Positions 13,530 through 27,369 of a DNA stretch of 64,000 nt are shown here, piece by piece; the first letter of the stretch is position 1, and each line of letters opens with the position of its first letter. A program made the translations under genes and the position numbers. Location: positions 307,954,001-308,018,000 of the forward strand of contig OZ024743.1 of assembly GCA_964016885.1 (NCBI GenBank), written 5' to 3'. Below the pieces are notes generated by a model, which was given only the letters and a program-made list of their open reading frames with translations, had not been told where the DNA came from and ran no database searches. The stretch is from Eledone cirrhosa. Its lineage: Eukaryota.

Positions 13530-14286
13530 ATCATCATCATCACCATCATCATCGTTTAACGTCTATCTTCCATGCTAGCATGGGTTTAAATGGGAATTGT
13601 CCCCCTTGAGGCAAGATTGGTCGTCTTGCTCGTATGGGACTGTCTGGGAGGTTTTCTACGGCTGGATACCCTTCCCTTCCTAACACCAACCACGTTTACA
13701 GTGTGGACTGGGAGGTTTTTACCGTGTTACCTACATGGCTACATTACAGAGTGGACTGTGTTTTTTTGTCGTGACACCTACACGACCTCATTTATTTCAG
13801 ACATGATCTTGTCGTACCAACATAACTTTACAGAGAAAGGGGTGGTGTTGATGGGGGTAGGGGTGGGGGAGTTGGGGTTGTGGGATGGGCGTGTATTTTT
13901 GGTTAAGAGGTGCCTACTGACTGTAGGTTTCGCTTTGTACTTAGGCAAGGCGGGTTTTGTCTTAGAGAGGTCTAAGTGTGTAAGGTCGGAATTTATCAAA
14001 TCATCCCAGGTTTTTCTGCATCTGCCTACTCCGTAACTTCCGTCAATTTTGATCGCCCTGCAATTTTTATACAGCTGTCGTCTTTCATGCGCATCATGTG
14101 ACCATACCAACGTAGTCATCTCTCGAGTAAACAGCATCTGATCCCTCTTATTCCTAATTTCTCACTTGGTTCATTTATGCTTTGCTGTTCACGTATATTA
14201 CTATTACACATCCAACGAAGCATGCAAGCTTCGTTCCTCTCTAGTCTGCACAGATCCTCTGCACACAATGCCCATGTCTCACTGCC

Positions 14287-14290
<4 letters not shown>
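13530..14290 (-). mobile_element. RTE-clade LINE 3' fragment with 3' UTR and (GAT)n tail
   Basis: HGSETWAL..LERNEACMLRWMC..GRCRKTWD motifs, frameshifted. Same subfamily as 29400-30517. Confidence 0.9.
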
Positions 14291-14327
<37 letters not shown>

Positions 14328-14330
14328 TAC

Positions 14331-14545
14331 ATAATGATTTCTAGTATAGGCACAAGGCCAGTAATTTGGGGGGAGGGGAAAGTCAATTAAATCGACCCCA
14401 GTACATTACTGGTGCTTTATTTTATCGACCCCGTAAGGATGAAAGGCAAAGTTAACCTTGCCGGGATTTGAACTCAGACTGTAAAGGACCATAACACTAT
14501 GCTGCAAAGCATGGTGTCCGACTCTCTACCGATACTGCCAATCCA
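14331..14545 (-). mobile_element. SINE family A, long-tail variant
   Basis: Family A body plus GGGGTCGATTTAATTGACTTTCCCC tail segment. Confidence 0.9.
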
Positions 14546-14609
14546 TATACATACATAATAGCTGCATCTCAGTTTTGAGAATTACCATCCCTTGACCTTT
14601 TTCTCATAC

Positions 14610-14670
14610 ATGAGTGGCACGAACATATCTTTTTAGCAATTCCAAGGACTTAGGTTCCTTTCTGCATAAG
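14610..14670 (-). CDS. candidate coding exon (xLCRKEPKSLELLKRYVRATH), unknown product
   Basis: Strong acceptor TTTTCTTTTTTCTTTCACTGCAG, donor GTATGA, unique sequence, only one open frame. Confidence 0.45.
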
Positions 14671-15149
14671 CTGCAGTGAAAGAAAAAAGAAAAGGCCATG
14701 CTCTCACAACATATGTAAAAGTCATTTCGATCAAGTAATGTCTGTGCTTGAAGTTTTTTAAGTGAAGAAAGGCCTTGTCCTGGACTAGTCCCACTGTGAA
14801 CAATGGGGACAGGTATCCACACAAAACAACAGGTCAATAGTTTTACATCACAGTTTTCTTTCTTCTAGAATGATGTCCTAACAAGAACTAGAGGTCTCTC
14901 ACTCCTGAAGAGCTAACTGCATGGTCGGGCACCAAACTGAGTATATCCATGTTCGAGCGTGCACACACATATTGTCTAGCCTCATTTAGTGAAGATGGCA
15001 ACCAATGAATGGAATGAAATGAGGGATGTGATGAGGAGGGATGTGGTGGTGGATGTAAAGATGTACAACAGAAGCAGTAGCAGGCTAATCCTTCCAGATG
15101 AATAAACGAAGGATAATAATAATTAAGCAGCAGAGATAAAAATTACTAT

Positions 15150-15524
<375 letters not shown>

Positions 15525-15754
15525 GAAGAAGAAGAAAACAGTTGGTGTTGAACTACATATCACCAAGTAATCCCATTAGAATGGTAAAAATAACATTTCC
15601 TGAATTGCTCGTGATCAGTAGGATCAATACAGGACAATAACTAGGATATTCTGGGAATTAAAGTCTCTTTTCACTTTTAATATTCTTCAAAGACTGAAAG
15701 AATCTACAAATCCTAATAACCGGATGTATTGATGTGTCTCATTTTGGTGCCTTA

Positions 15755-16100
15755 TTTGTGGTGGGTGGGGGGTGAGATGTTGGTAGGGGTGGTGGTGTTG
15801 GTGGTGGTGGTGGTGGTAGGGGTGGTGGTGGTGGTGGTGGTGGTAGGGGTGGGGGTGTTAGTGGTGGTGGTAGTGGCGGGATGAGATGTTGGTAGGGGTG
15901 GTGGTGTTAGTGGTGGTGGTGTGATGTTGGTAGAGGTGGTAGTGGTGATGGTGGTGGTGGTGTGGTGGTGGTAGTGGTGGTGGTGAGATGTTGGTGGTGG
16001 TGTGATGGTGGTGGTGGTTTTGGTGATGGTAGTGGTGGTGTGATAGTAGTGGTGATGATGTTGGTGGTAGAGGTAGTAGTGATAGGGTAGTGGTTGTGGC
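15755..16100. repeat. (GGT)n-rich low-complexity tract
   Basis: Direct inspection. Confidence 0.9.
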
Positions 16101-16625
16101 GAGTAGCTATTTACTAATTTTAACCATTTTGGTATCAAACTCCCAGGTACCACACCATAGTTTTGCAATACAAAACTATTTATCTTAAAGAGCATTTTTT
16201 TTTTCATCTAAAACCCTTCCATCACAATTTTATGTAAAATCCTTTGTTAAGTTATGTTCCGAACATCAACTTACCCCTTTCGTTAACAACCTGCTTCACA
16301 CTTCCCTACTTATATGATACAGAACTGTTTTAAAGTGTTTATATTTATCTAAAAACCTTTCATCATAATTTCATGTAAGAACCTTTATGTTTCAAACACC
16401 AGATAAATAACTGTTTCTCATTTAGACACAAGACTAGTCAGTAAAGCAGGTGAAAGACAGAAATAATTCATTAAAGCAGGTGAAAGATGGAAATAATTCA
16501 TTAAAGCAGGTGAAAGATAGAAATAATTCATTAAGCTACAAATTTTTTCTTTCGTTTGTTTTTTCTTTCTTTCACTCTTCTTTCATTTCTTCCTTAAGTC
16601 TAATAACACTATAAAGTTATCAATA

Positions 16626-16810
16626 TAATTGTTTCTATGTTTGGCACAAGGCCATCAAATACCCAGTGTATTACTGGTACTTTATTTTATCGACCCCGTA
16701 AGGATGAAAGGCAAAATTAACCTCGGCGGGATTTGAACTCAGAATGGCAAGGGCCGTAACTCTATACGTCAAAGCATGGCGTCTGACCCTCTACCGATAC
16801 TGCCAATCCA
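16626..16810 (-). mobile_element. SINE family A
   Basis: Reverse complement of the family A consensus. Confidence 0.9.
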
Positions 16811-17487
16811 TGCTGATAGGTTGACTTATGTCTTGTCAGTGTAATTTGGTAGATAGAAACTGCAGAAGCCCATCACACATGTATATATATTCAAAGTAGG
16901 GATTGCACATGACAAAGATAATAGAAAAAGACAACATAAAAATGGACAGTCCCATCTCCTCAGTCAACTTCTGGAAATCACTACAGTTTCGATATATTGA
17001 GGTCACAACCATTTTTCCAGTGCACATTAGGACATAACAAAATAGGGAGAGATAAGTTATGCCTTTAGACAAATTTACATAAATATAGAGTGTGCAAGGG
17101 CTTAGTGAAAGGAGAAAAATATAGAAAGGAGAGAAATGGTAAAACAAAAGAAAATAAGGGCTGTTGTCCAACGTGCAGAGAACGGACAATGAGGCGAAGA
17201 AAAAGTAAGAAGGGATGTATATATATATATGTGTGTGCATGTGTGTGTATATATATATGTGTGTGTGTGAGTGTGTGTGTATAGAGAGAGAAAGTAAAAT
17301 CGAAATTAGTGTTGCAGCATATGTACAAACTTTAATGGCATATTACAATTGTTTCAGTATCAATCAGCTCAGGATACAATCAAAGTATTGGTTGGGCCCA
17401 ACTCTTCTTCCACATCTTGTCAGATATGTGAGTTTATATGAGCAAAGACACATCTAAACTCTCTCTCTCGATATATATATATATATA

Positions 17488-18342
17488 TCATCATCATCAT
17501 CATCATCATTTTACGTCCGCTTTTCCCTGCTTGCAAGGGTGGGACAGGTCTTATTCAGCACAGCATCTCTCCACTCGTCATGGTCCTTCGTCATCTCCAC
17601 CGTGAGCTTCAATGATCTGAAGTCTGTTCTCACCACCTCCGCCCATGTTTTTCGTGGTTTACCTCTACCACGTCTTCCTTCAACTGGCATTTCCTGGCAC
17701 TTCTTCACCCATCGGTCATCCTCCATGCGCATCACATGTCCATACCACCTCAGTCTCCTCTCCCGTACACTACATTCTATCCCTCTCAGACACAGTTTCT
17801 CTCTCAACACATTTATGCTGGGTCGTTCACGCACATTTACACTGCACATCCAACGGAGCATGCTTGCCTCATTTCTCTCCAGCCGTCGCATATCCTCTGC
17901 AGTTGCTGCCCATGTCTCACTACCATGCAGCATCGCGCTCCTCATACAGGCATCATACAACCGGCCTTTCGTACGCAGGGAGAAACCCTTCTTCGTCAAC
18001 AGAGGAAGCAGCTCCCTAAACTTCTTCCAACCCCTCCTTATTCTAGATACTATGGCCTCGGAACACCCTCCTCCCATGTTAATCTGATCTCCTAGGTACC
18101 GGAAGCTATCCACCACTTCTATAGCGCCCTCCTGCATTTGAAAAACGTGTCTATCAATGCGACTTCTACTGTCTAATTTCCCTGTACATCTACTGCATAC
18201 ATATTTCTCCCTACCTGTTAGTTTGCCTGTTATCCCGCTACATCTCTTGTGTACCCAGGATCTGCATTGTGTGCATTTTATAGAATTTATGCCAGTTCCT
18301 TTTCTGCATATCGAACATGGCCATTTCCCTGACGGAATCAGG
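17488..18342 (-). mobile_element. young 5'-truncated RTE-clade LINE (RT thumb/C-terminus), (GAT)n tail
   Basis: ORF 17511-18137 (VDSFRYLG..HGSETW..RRLRWYGHV..RGKPRKTW), preceded by a CSIC..CTQC..CSRC zinc-finger region. Inserted in (TA)n. Confidence 0.93.
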
Positions 18343-18358
18343 GTTTTGTATATATATG

Positions 18359-18389
<31 letters not shown>

Positions 18390-18519
18390 GTATATAGATT
18401 CCCGAGTTGTGATGGGGGATAACCACAGTTAAAAAAGTGAAAAAAAGCTACTCAATATGTTGGTAGAATATAAGCATATTTATTTTATATATAGAAATGA
18501 CATCCACAGTGTATGACAA

Positions 18520-18965
18520 CTGATAAAAACAATGCCAATCTCCAACTCACGATCTACAACCAGCAAATTGCTCAAGTTACGGAGTTGTATATCTCAGTCA
18601 CAAACTTTCATCAAACAACAAGGGAATATTTGCTGCGCAGTATCGCATCACTCTAGGTTGGGCAGCTTTCAACATGAACAAGGAAGTACTAACATCAAAA
18701 CGAGTTTCCTATCATTTGAAGGCTAAGATCTTTGATACTTACATCCTACCAGTTGTGCTATATGGTCTTGACTGTGTTAATTGGAAGACTTCAGGTCACT
18801 TCAGAAGCTCTCTACATTCCAGAACCACATCATTAGACTTATGACTGGCAAGTGACTCAGCGACCATATCTGTATCAGTGAGCTGCTCAACATTACCAAA
18901 CTTAGACCAATTACATCAATTGTCAAGTCAAGAGTACTCAAACTATACCGTCATATAAAAAGATA
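18520..18965 (+). mobile_element. decayed RTE-like LINE fragment
   Basis: Frameshifted LKAKIFDTYILPVVLYGL and SRVLKLY.HIKR motifs. Confidence 0.65.
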
Positions 18966-19664
18966 TATATTATATATATATATATATTTTCAATAGGAGA
19001 CTCCATTATATCTATATATAGACATGACACCCTTAATTGAATTTTGGTTATATATATATATAGTAAGTATATATTACCTGTATGTATTGTGAAGGTACGT
19101 ATACTTTCTCGTATGTATATTCCCTTGTATTTGTTATAGGTGTATATATTATATTATATATACTGGTACATGTGTATATGGTTATGTGTATACGTGAGTT
19201 TTGCGTTTGTGTGTGTATGCGGGTTTGCACGTATGTAGAGTGTGTGTATATATGTACTTTGTGTTTTGGTTAACGTACGTTTAGTGAACATATGTGTATT
19301 TACATGTAGGTTTGTGTGTGCGAGCGTTATATACATATTTATGTGTGTATATTTATATACGTTTATATAATTATATGTATACACGCACACACACATGTAT
19401 ATATATTTTTTATATATGTTTTAAGTGTATTTGATGTATACGTTCGTATGTGTGCGGGTACAGGCATTGCGTGGGTTTTGTATGTGTGTGCATGTTTGTG
19501 TGTACGTGCCTGTATTTGCATACCCATGGCGGGTATTTTTGTGTATGCATGTGTATGTACGTATATGGATGCGTGCATGTATATATTTAATTATTGTTGA
19601 TTTCAATTACCTCTGTATTTTATTTACATTATCCTTAACTCTAAAGCCGAGAATCATTCGGTTT

Positions 19665-19948
19665 CCTAAATAGAATTTTAGTCTACGACTTCAGTTATAC
19701 CATAAACGTGGTTTTGTCTTTGCGTGAAATTGTTCTCATCACTCCACATAATGACATATTATCTTCGTTTTTTCCGTTCATTGCTAGAGAACGTCTCCAC
19801 GAACCACCTAATAGAATATTAGTCTACGACTTCATTTATACCATAAATATGGTTTTGTCTTTGCGTGTAATTGTTCTCACCGCTCCAAATAATGACGTAT
19901 TATCTTCGCTTTTTTTCCGTTCTTTGCCAGGGAGCGTTTCCACGAATC
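19665..19948. repeat. ~141-bp tandem duplication directly upstream of a decayed hammerhead motif
   Basis: AATAGAATTTTAGTCTACGACTTC..CCACGAA occurs twice with scattered substitutions. Confidence 0.85.
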
Positions 19949-20011
19949 AAAGTACCGTCTTCCTGTCTTCCTTTGGTTGCAACGTTTTTCGAAATATTTA
20001 CTTCTGTGTTC

Positions 20012-20087
20012 ACAGATTGATTTTTTTAGTTTCAGAAGATCCCGTTAAGGATGAAAGCAGCGATTCTTTGCTTAAACTTTAATCTGT
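20012..20087 (+). ncRNA. decayed type I hammerhead ribozyme-like motif
   Basis: Stem I ACAGATT..AGTTT / AAACT..AATCTGT; core CAGAAGA (U4 to A); hairpin ATCC/GGAT; GAAA; stem III GCAG/TTGC; TT site. Confidence 0.5.
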
Positions 20088-20231
20088 TATTTTAATAAAT
20101 ATTTGCTCTATGGTTCTTATATATTTGTATATATATTTATCCTTATCGAGCCCTCTTTGGATTTTAGTCTTCAAATTTATTATTATTACTATATATATAT
20201 ATATATAAATATGTATGTATATATATGTATA

Positions 20232-20324
<93 letters not shown>

Positions 20325-20599
20325 ATATATATATGTATATATATAATGGAGTGTCCCATTGAAAATGACATGTGAGTGTTCAAAAGCAGTTCCCAGTCAA
20401 GAACCGATTAGTGGATTTTAGCAAATCCATTTGATGAGCATATATCTTTAATTTCAAGCCTGTAGCATTTTTACAGGGATGGTTATAGACACTGCATGTC
20501 AACTTTTCCAAATTTTCAAGAACATTGTGAGTCCTGAGATGACTCTTTATCCCAGTATGAAAAGTTGCAATGAAAACATTGATTGTTTATAGGAATGAG

Positions 20600-21565
20600 G
20601 TTATGTTGATAATTTTGTCTTTGACTTATATACAGCTGGTCTGACAAATACATTCTTCTTCAGAGTTAACAAGCTTCATATGGCATTGCTTTCTCCACTC
20701 ACTCCTATTATTGGCAACATTTTCCCAGCTTTTAATATTCATATTCAGACATTTCAAATTGTCCCTAAGCTTGTCTTTATAACGAACTATTGGTCAGCCC
20801 ACTTTTCTACAAGAGCCTTTAAGTCGAATAAGACTTGCTGTGGAATTCTCTCATCATTCATTCTCAAAACATGGCAACGCCTTCTCATCTGAAATTTAAT
20901 TAAGAACGTTTCTATTCCAGCAGTATTGCATTGCCATACCATTTCGCCATTTCTGGCTCTATAATCCCATTTTACACCACAGATCTGCTTTAGACACCTC
21001 ATGTGGAAAGTGCTCATTTGATTTATGTGTTTATGATAGGAAATCGAGGCTTCTGTCTCATAAAAGAGAGTTGTATGAACAACAGCTTTATAGATATCAA
21101 CTTTTGTTTTAATTGACACACGTTGAGTGTTCCATAAAGTTTGCATCACTATTTACAGTTGATCCAAGGTATGTAAAACAACTGACTGTCTTTAGAGTTT
21201 TGCCTTCAACATAAATCTGTGGCAGAGTTTTGAGACTATTTCCTGGCCTTGGTTGAAACATAAGTTCTGACTTCTTTATGTTTGTTAGTCCGAAAGCTTT
21301 AGCTGCTGAAGCAAACTTATCAACAATGCACTGCATGTCTTGTAGGGAGTATGCAAGTAATGCACAGTCATCTGCAAAGAGCAAATTCCATAACGTTTGA
21401 TATGCTATTTTAGTTTTTGCTTTGAAGCATTACTGATTGAAGATGTTTCCTGTAGTTCAGTATTCCAATAAGACAACTTTCTGAGAAAACATATTGAAGC
21501 ACTATTGAGAGGAATAAGGCAAAGAGCACTGGAGCCAATACACATTCTTGTTTTGAACCATACTA
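20600..21565 (-). mobile_element. decayed RTE (BovB-like) LINE RT fragment
   Basis: LFADDCAL..FTYLGS..TKVDIYKAVV..FHMRCL..HVLRMNDERIP motifs, frameshifted. Confidence 0.85.
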
Positions 21566-21567
21566 CT

Positions 21568-23940
21568 GCTAGATATAACATTTTATTATTACATTGGCAG
21601 TATCGGTAGAGAGTTGGAAGCCATGCTTTGCAGCAAAGAGTTACAGCTCTTTACGATCTGAGTTCAAATCCCGCCGAGGTTAACTTTGCCTTTCATCCTT
21701 ACGGGGTCGATAAAATAAAGTACCAGTAATGCACTGGGTAATTGCTGGCCTTGTGCCTAAAGTAGAAACAATTATTACTAGATATAACATTATTGCTAGA
21801 TATAACATATAACTGGTCGATATTACATATTATTGCTAGATATTACATATTATTTCTAAAAATAACATATTACTGGTAGATATAACATATTATTATTAGA
21901 TATAACATACTACTAGATATAACATATTATTGCTAGATATTACATATTATTTCTAGATATAACATATTACTGCTAGATATTACATTTTACTGCTAGATAT
22001 TACATATTATTGCTAGATATAACATATTACTAGATATAACATATTATTGCTAGATATTACATAGTATTGCTAGATATAACATTATTATTAGATATAACAT
22101 ATTACTGCTAGATATTACATTTTACTGCTAGACATTACATATTATTGGTAGATATAACATTACTAGATATAACATATTATTGCTAGATATAATATATTAC
22201 TAGTAGATATAACATATTACTACTAGGTATAACATATTATTACTAGATCATCATCATCATCGTTTAATGTCCATCTTGCATGCTAGCATGGGTAGCACAG
22301 GTTGACCCTTAGGGAGAGAATTAGGTCAGAGGACCATGTTTAGCTCACCTGGGGCAGATTTTGGCTTGGTTTCTACAGTTGGATGCCCTTCTTAATGCCA
22401 ACCACATTTACACCATGTGTTGGGTGCTTTTTGTCATGTCACCGACACAAGCACTTAACAGTGTGGACTGAGCGCTTTTTTTGTCTTGGAACTAGGGAGG
22501 GAGGGGGAGGAAGCTAGATATTACATATTATTACTAGATATAACATATTATTACTAGATGTAATATATTATTACTAGATATAATATATTATTACTAGATA
22601 TAAGGCGGTGGATTGGCAGTATCGGTGGAGGGTCGGACGCCATGCTTTCCAGCATAGTTACGTCCCTTTACGATCTGAGTTCAAATCCCGCCGAGGTTGA
22701 CTTTGCCTTTCATCCTTGCGGGGTCGATAAAATAAAGTACCAGTAATGCACTGGGTAATTGCTGGCCTTGTGCCAAAGGTAGAAACAATTATTACTAGAT
22801 ATAACATTATTACTAGATATAAGGGTGGTGGATTGGCAGTATCAGTAGAGGGTCGGACACCAAGCTTTGTAGCATAGTTACGTCCCTTTACAGTCTGAGT
22901 TCAAATCCCGTCGAGGTTAACTTTGCCTTTCATCCTTACGGGGTCGATAAAATAAAGTACCAGAAATGTACTGGGATAATTGCTGGCCTTGTGCCAAAAG
23001 TAGAAATAATTATTACTAGATATAAAATATTACTGCTAGGCAGTATCGGTAGAGGGTAAGACGTCATGCTTTGCAGCATAAAGTTATGTCCCTTTACGGT
23101 TCGTGTTCAAATCCCACCAAAATAAACTTTGCCTTTCATCCTTTCGGGGTTGATAAAATAAATTACCAGTAATGCACTGGGGTAATTGCTGACCTTGTGC
23201 CAAAAGTAGAAACAATTATTACTAGATATAACATATTACTAGAAATAAAATATTACTGCTAGATATAACATATTATTACTATGTTATATGGCGGTGGATT
23301 GGCAGTATCGGTAGAGGGTTGGATGCCATGCTTTCCAGCATATAGTTATGGCCCTTGCCATTTTGAGTTCAAATGCTGCTGAGGTTAACTTTGCCTTTCA
23401 TCCTTACTGGGTCGATAAAATAAAGTACCAGTAATGCACTGGGTTATTGCTGGCCTTGTGCCAAAAGTAGAAATGATTATTACTAGATATAACATTACTA
23501 CTAAATATAATATATTATTACTAGGTGGATTGGCAGTATCGGTAGAGGGTCGGACGCCATGCTTTCCAGCATAGTTACGTCCCTTTACAATCTGAGTTCA
23601 AATCCCGCCGAGGTTGACTTTGCCTTTCATCCTTACGGGGTCGATAAAATAAAGTACCAGTAATGTACTGGGTAATTGCCGGCCTTGTGCCTAAAGTAGA
23701 AACAATTATTACTAGATATAACATATTATTGCTAGATATTACATATTATTGCTAGATATTACATATTATTACTAAAAATAAAATATTACTGGTAGATATA
23801 ACATATTATTACTAGATATATCATATTACTAGATATAACATATTATTGCTAGATATAACATATTACTGCTAGATATAACATATTATTACTACTTGATATA
23901 AGATATTATTACTACTAGATGTAACATTGCTAGATATAAT
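21568..23940 (+). repeat. ~20-bp AT-rich satellite (TAGATATAACATATTATTAC) containing six family A SINEs and one RTE-tail element
   Basis: SINEs at about 21594, 22604, 22823, 23038, 23290 and 23524, all + strand. RTE-tail piece at 22247-22500 on - strand. Confidence 0.92.
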
Positions 23941-24544
23941 GAATTTTTAGTTTTGATAAAATGCACTTATTCATTGTCTCTAAAGGTTAAATATAGAGAA
24001 CTGTCAAAGTTAATCCAGGACATAGTCATCTATTTGGTATATTTGCAAGCAGTTACTTGATTAAATTAGAGTATTTTGTGTCAGAAATTGTTGTTTTTAC
24101 ATTTTCTCTACCAAATCATAACAAACTGCCCCTAGTTCCATGATGTAAGACTGTTTTAAAGTGTTTATATTTATCTAAAAACCTTTCATTATAATTTTAT
24201 GTAACAACCTTTATTAAGGTATGTTAAGGTAGATACCAGCTTGATAATGAGAGAGTTCATTACATTATTGAGTCCCTCCAAATTATTCATTATTTTAAAA
24301 ATAATTTCAAAATTTTAGGCTGTCTTTTCTGATAGAAACATGGTAATAAAAGATTTAAATATAACAAACTGTCAAAGTTTATCTAGGACATGGTGATTAT
24401 TTATTTAGTTCATTGTCATACAGTTAAATTTAGTTGTGTCTAATTGTTGTGCTAATTGTGTGTCAGTAATTATTGAGCTAAATATATATTAAGTGTTCCT
24501 GGATATCAATTTAGATTTCTCCTTTTGTATTGTAAAGTTGTCAT

Positions 24545-25185
24545 GTTAGTGTCACAACAAAAAGCACCCAGTCCACACAATAAAGTGGTCATTTTGGTGC
24601 CACGATAAAAAGCACCCAGTCCACACTGTAAAGTGGTCATTTTGGTACCACAACAAAAAGCACCCAGTTCACACTATAAAGTGGTCGTGTTGGTGTCACA
24701 ATAAAAGGCACCCAGTCAACACTGTAAAGTGGTCATTTTGGTGCCATGATAAAAAGCACCCAGTCCACACTGTAAAGTGGTCATTTTGGTGTCACGATAA
24801 AAAGCACCCAGTCCACACTATAAAGTGGTCGTGTTGGTGTCACAATAAAAGGCACCCAGTCAACACTGTAAAGTGGTCATTTTGGTGCCATGATAAAAAG
24901 CACCCAGTCCACACTGTAAAGTGGTCTTTTTGGTGCCACAATAAATAGCACCTACTCCATACTGTAAAGTAATCATTTTGGTGACATGACAAAAAGCACC
25001 CAATACACACTGTAAATGTGGTTGGCCTTAGGAAGGGCATCCAGCCATAGAAACCAAGCCAGAAACAGTTTTGTATGAGCAAGACATGGTCATCTGGTCT
25101 GACTTGTCTCACAACAGGACAATTCTTCTCACCCATGCTAGTGTGGAAAAATGAATGTTAAATAGTAGTAATGATGATGATGATA
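24545..25185 (+). repeat. ~48-bp minisatellite running into an RTE-type 3' end
   Basis: AAAAAGCACCCAGTCCACACTGTAAAGTGGTCATTTTGGTG repeated about 10 times, then GGAAGGGCATCCAGC..CCCATGCTAG..(GAT)n. Confidence 0.88.
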
Positions 25186-25259
25186 CATTAATTGCTGTAA
25201 CTATTCCCGACTCTTATCATTTAAATAATACTTCTTAATCTAGAAAAGGTTTCATGATA

Positions 25260-25450
25260 GGGCGTTGGATTGGCAGTATCAGTAGAGAGTCGGACGCCAT
25301 GCTTTGCAGCAAAGAGTTACGGCCCTTTATGGTTTGAGTTCAAATCCCGCCGAGGTTAACTTTGCCTTTCATCCTTACGGGGTCGATAAAATAAAGTACC
25401 AGTAATACACTGGTATAATTGCTGGCCTTGTGCCAAAAGTAGAAACAATT
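25260..25450 (+). mobile_element. SINE family A, full length
   Basis: GGCGTTGGATTGGCAGTATCAGTAGAG head to ACAATTATT tail. Confidence 0.9.
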
Positions 25451-25967
25451 ATTGATATGGCAGAAGTATTTGAAGAGATAGATGAATGTTGGGAGCAGAT
25501 ACCATAATAATTGTTGAAGGGTTGGAAGTGTTGCCACCACACCTGAATTCTTGCGATAGTTGTGTGGCTAATGAAAGAGAAAAATGTGCTACAGAAGGGG
25601 TCTTAAAACCTAGACATTTCCTTATTGCATCAATGGTGTTTGACATCATTCTTGAGAAGTGTCAACATCATTGAGATAACCCAGTCAGCATCTGAGGAAG
25701 AAAATGCCCAGTTGTGCATGTTGTATGTAGAATATTGAATATCTTGTTTTATTCAAAAGAAAACATATTTTGTTTATGCCCTCATGAAAAATGTTTGCTG
25801 TCAAAATTCACTGACAGTGAGGACTCTAATAAGGTTTGTTGTTGATGTTGCAGCTGACAACTGTGTTGGTTTAGCCAGCTTTTCTATGAAGTTGCATCTT
25901 AAAAGAGGTTTCTAGAGCATTTAAAAAAAAATGATAGTGCCCCAGTCTATCATATCATTTTTATCTG

Positions 25968-26410
25968 GTGACATGGGCTCTGAATGCTTCAGATCTGCAA
26001 TGGCTCAGGCGTAATGATTGTGCCATGATTAGGTGGATCTGTGGTGCCAAATTGAAAGATGAGACCCCTTCGACCATGCTCCACCAGAAGCTGGGTGTGG
26101 ATGAGATCACTGCTGTTCTTCACACACAACGTCCCCGTTGGTACGGGCATGTACAGTAAGCCATATCATGCATCAACTCCATCACTCACTTGGTAATCCC
26201 TGGCACCAGAGATTGCAGCAGACCAAGGAAGACGTGGTTGGAGTGCGTGAAGAGTGATTTGTATAAATGGAACTTGGCCGATGTTGATACTATGGACAGA
26301 AATTCATGGAGAGTGGCTGTGAGACATTGCCTGGTGTTGCCTACCTTGGAGTCCAGGACAACTGCAGCACCCTAAAAAGCAAAACTGGATATGGATGGAT
26401 GATGATGATG
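25968..26410 (+). mobile_element. RTE-clade LINE 3' fragment
   Basis: TWALNASDL..MIRWICG..RWYGHV..RPRKTW; GAT tail. Confidence 0.85.
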
Positions 26411-26411
26411 T

Positions 26412-26882
26412 ATGACAAGATATCTTCAATTTGGTATCCGTGCCAACCTTTATCTAATGTCATGTATCTTGTGTAATGATTGAAAGAATATGATTGCGAA
26501 TGCAAGAGGCTGAAAGGGTTCTGGAGTAATGTTATTTGATAGTGTTTATAGCTTGGAGATGAGAGAGTTAACCAAGCTAGAGCTGCTACTTCTCAGAATT
26601 GAGAAATCACAACTCCGATATTACGGGCATGTGGTTAGAATATCTCAGGAAAGAATTACTGGATAGATTTTATGGCCAAAGCCAATAGGCGGGAGACTCC
26701 AAACAAGATGGTTGGGTAATATCCATGAGCTCAGCTGGTCTTGCTTGAGGATCCAAGCTGGATCAGTTGGAGACAGTTGCTTCTGATTATGTTAACTACT
26801 CCAATCTGTTTTTACAGCTCTAGAAGGTGTGTCTGAGGACTCTCCCCCCTCCCCCCATGACTCTAATGAGAAGAAGAAGAAG
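26412..26882 (+). mobile_element. decayed RTE-clade LINE 3' fragment of a (GAA)n-tailed subfamily
   Basis: LLLRIEKSQLRYYGHVVR motif; ends CCATGACTCTAATGAGAAGAAG. Related to 47630-48228, 49092-49687 and 60385-60470. Confidence 0.75.
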
Positions 26883-27369
26883 CATATTTGACTCCTTTCC
26901 AGCCTGCACAGGTCTTCTGCAGTTAAGGCCCAGGTTTCATTCCATGCAACATTGCAGTTCACACACAGGCATCATAGTCTGCCTTCCACTCTGAGGAGGA
27001 GGAGGAGGAGGAGGAGAAGAAGAAAAATGGAATTTGAACTCAGAAGACTGACAGTTAGATGAAATACCACAAGGCACCTCATCTGATATATCACCAATTC
27101 TTCCCAATCAAAATCCCAGACTGGTACTTTATTTATCAACCCTAAAATAATGTTTTCTGATTTAAGCACAAGTCCAACAATTTTGTGGGGAAGGGAAAGT
27201 CAATTAAATCAACCTTAGTACATTACTGGTACTTTATTTATCAACACTGAAATAATGGAAAGCCAAGTTTATTTCAGTAAGATTTAAACTCAGAGTGTAG
27301 AAAGTTAGAGTAAATACCAGAAAGCATTTAGTCCAACACATGAATGTCTCTCCTTATCCACCACCTATT

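Noticed and set aside
14610-14670. Resemblance of LLKRYVRATHA to PARP1 IIRKYVKNTHA
   Set aside because: Too short, and the flanking candidate exons do not match PARP, so no gene symbol was assigned.
14905-15000. CTGAAGA-GCTAA...TTAGT-GAAG hammerhead-like motif
   Set aside because: GAAG instead of GAAA, and no stem I, stem III or cleavage triplet; compatible with chance.
22604-22700. tRNA-like A/B boxes as possible tRNA genes (also at 52845 and 62527)
   Set aside because: These are SINE heads: no complete cloverleaf, and they are followed by SINE body and tail.
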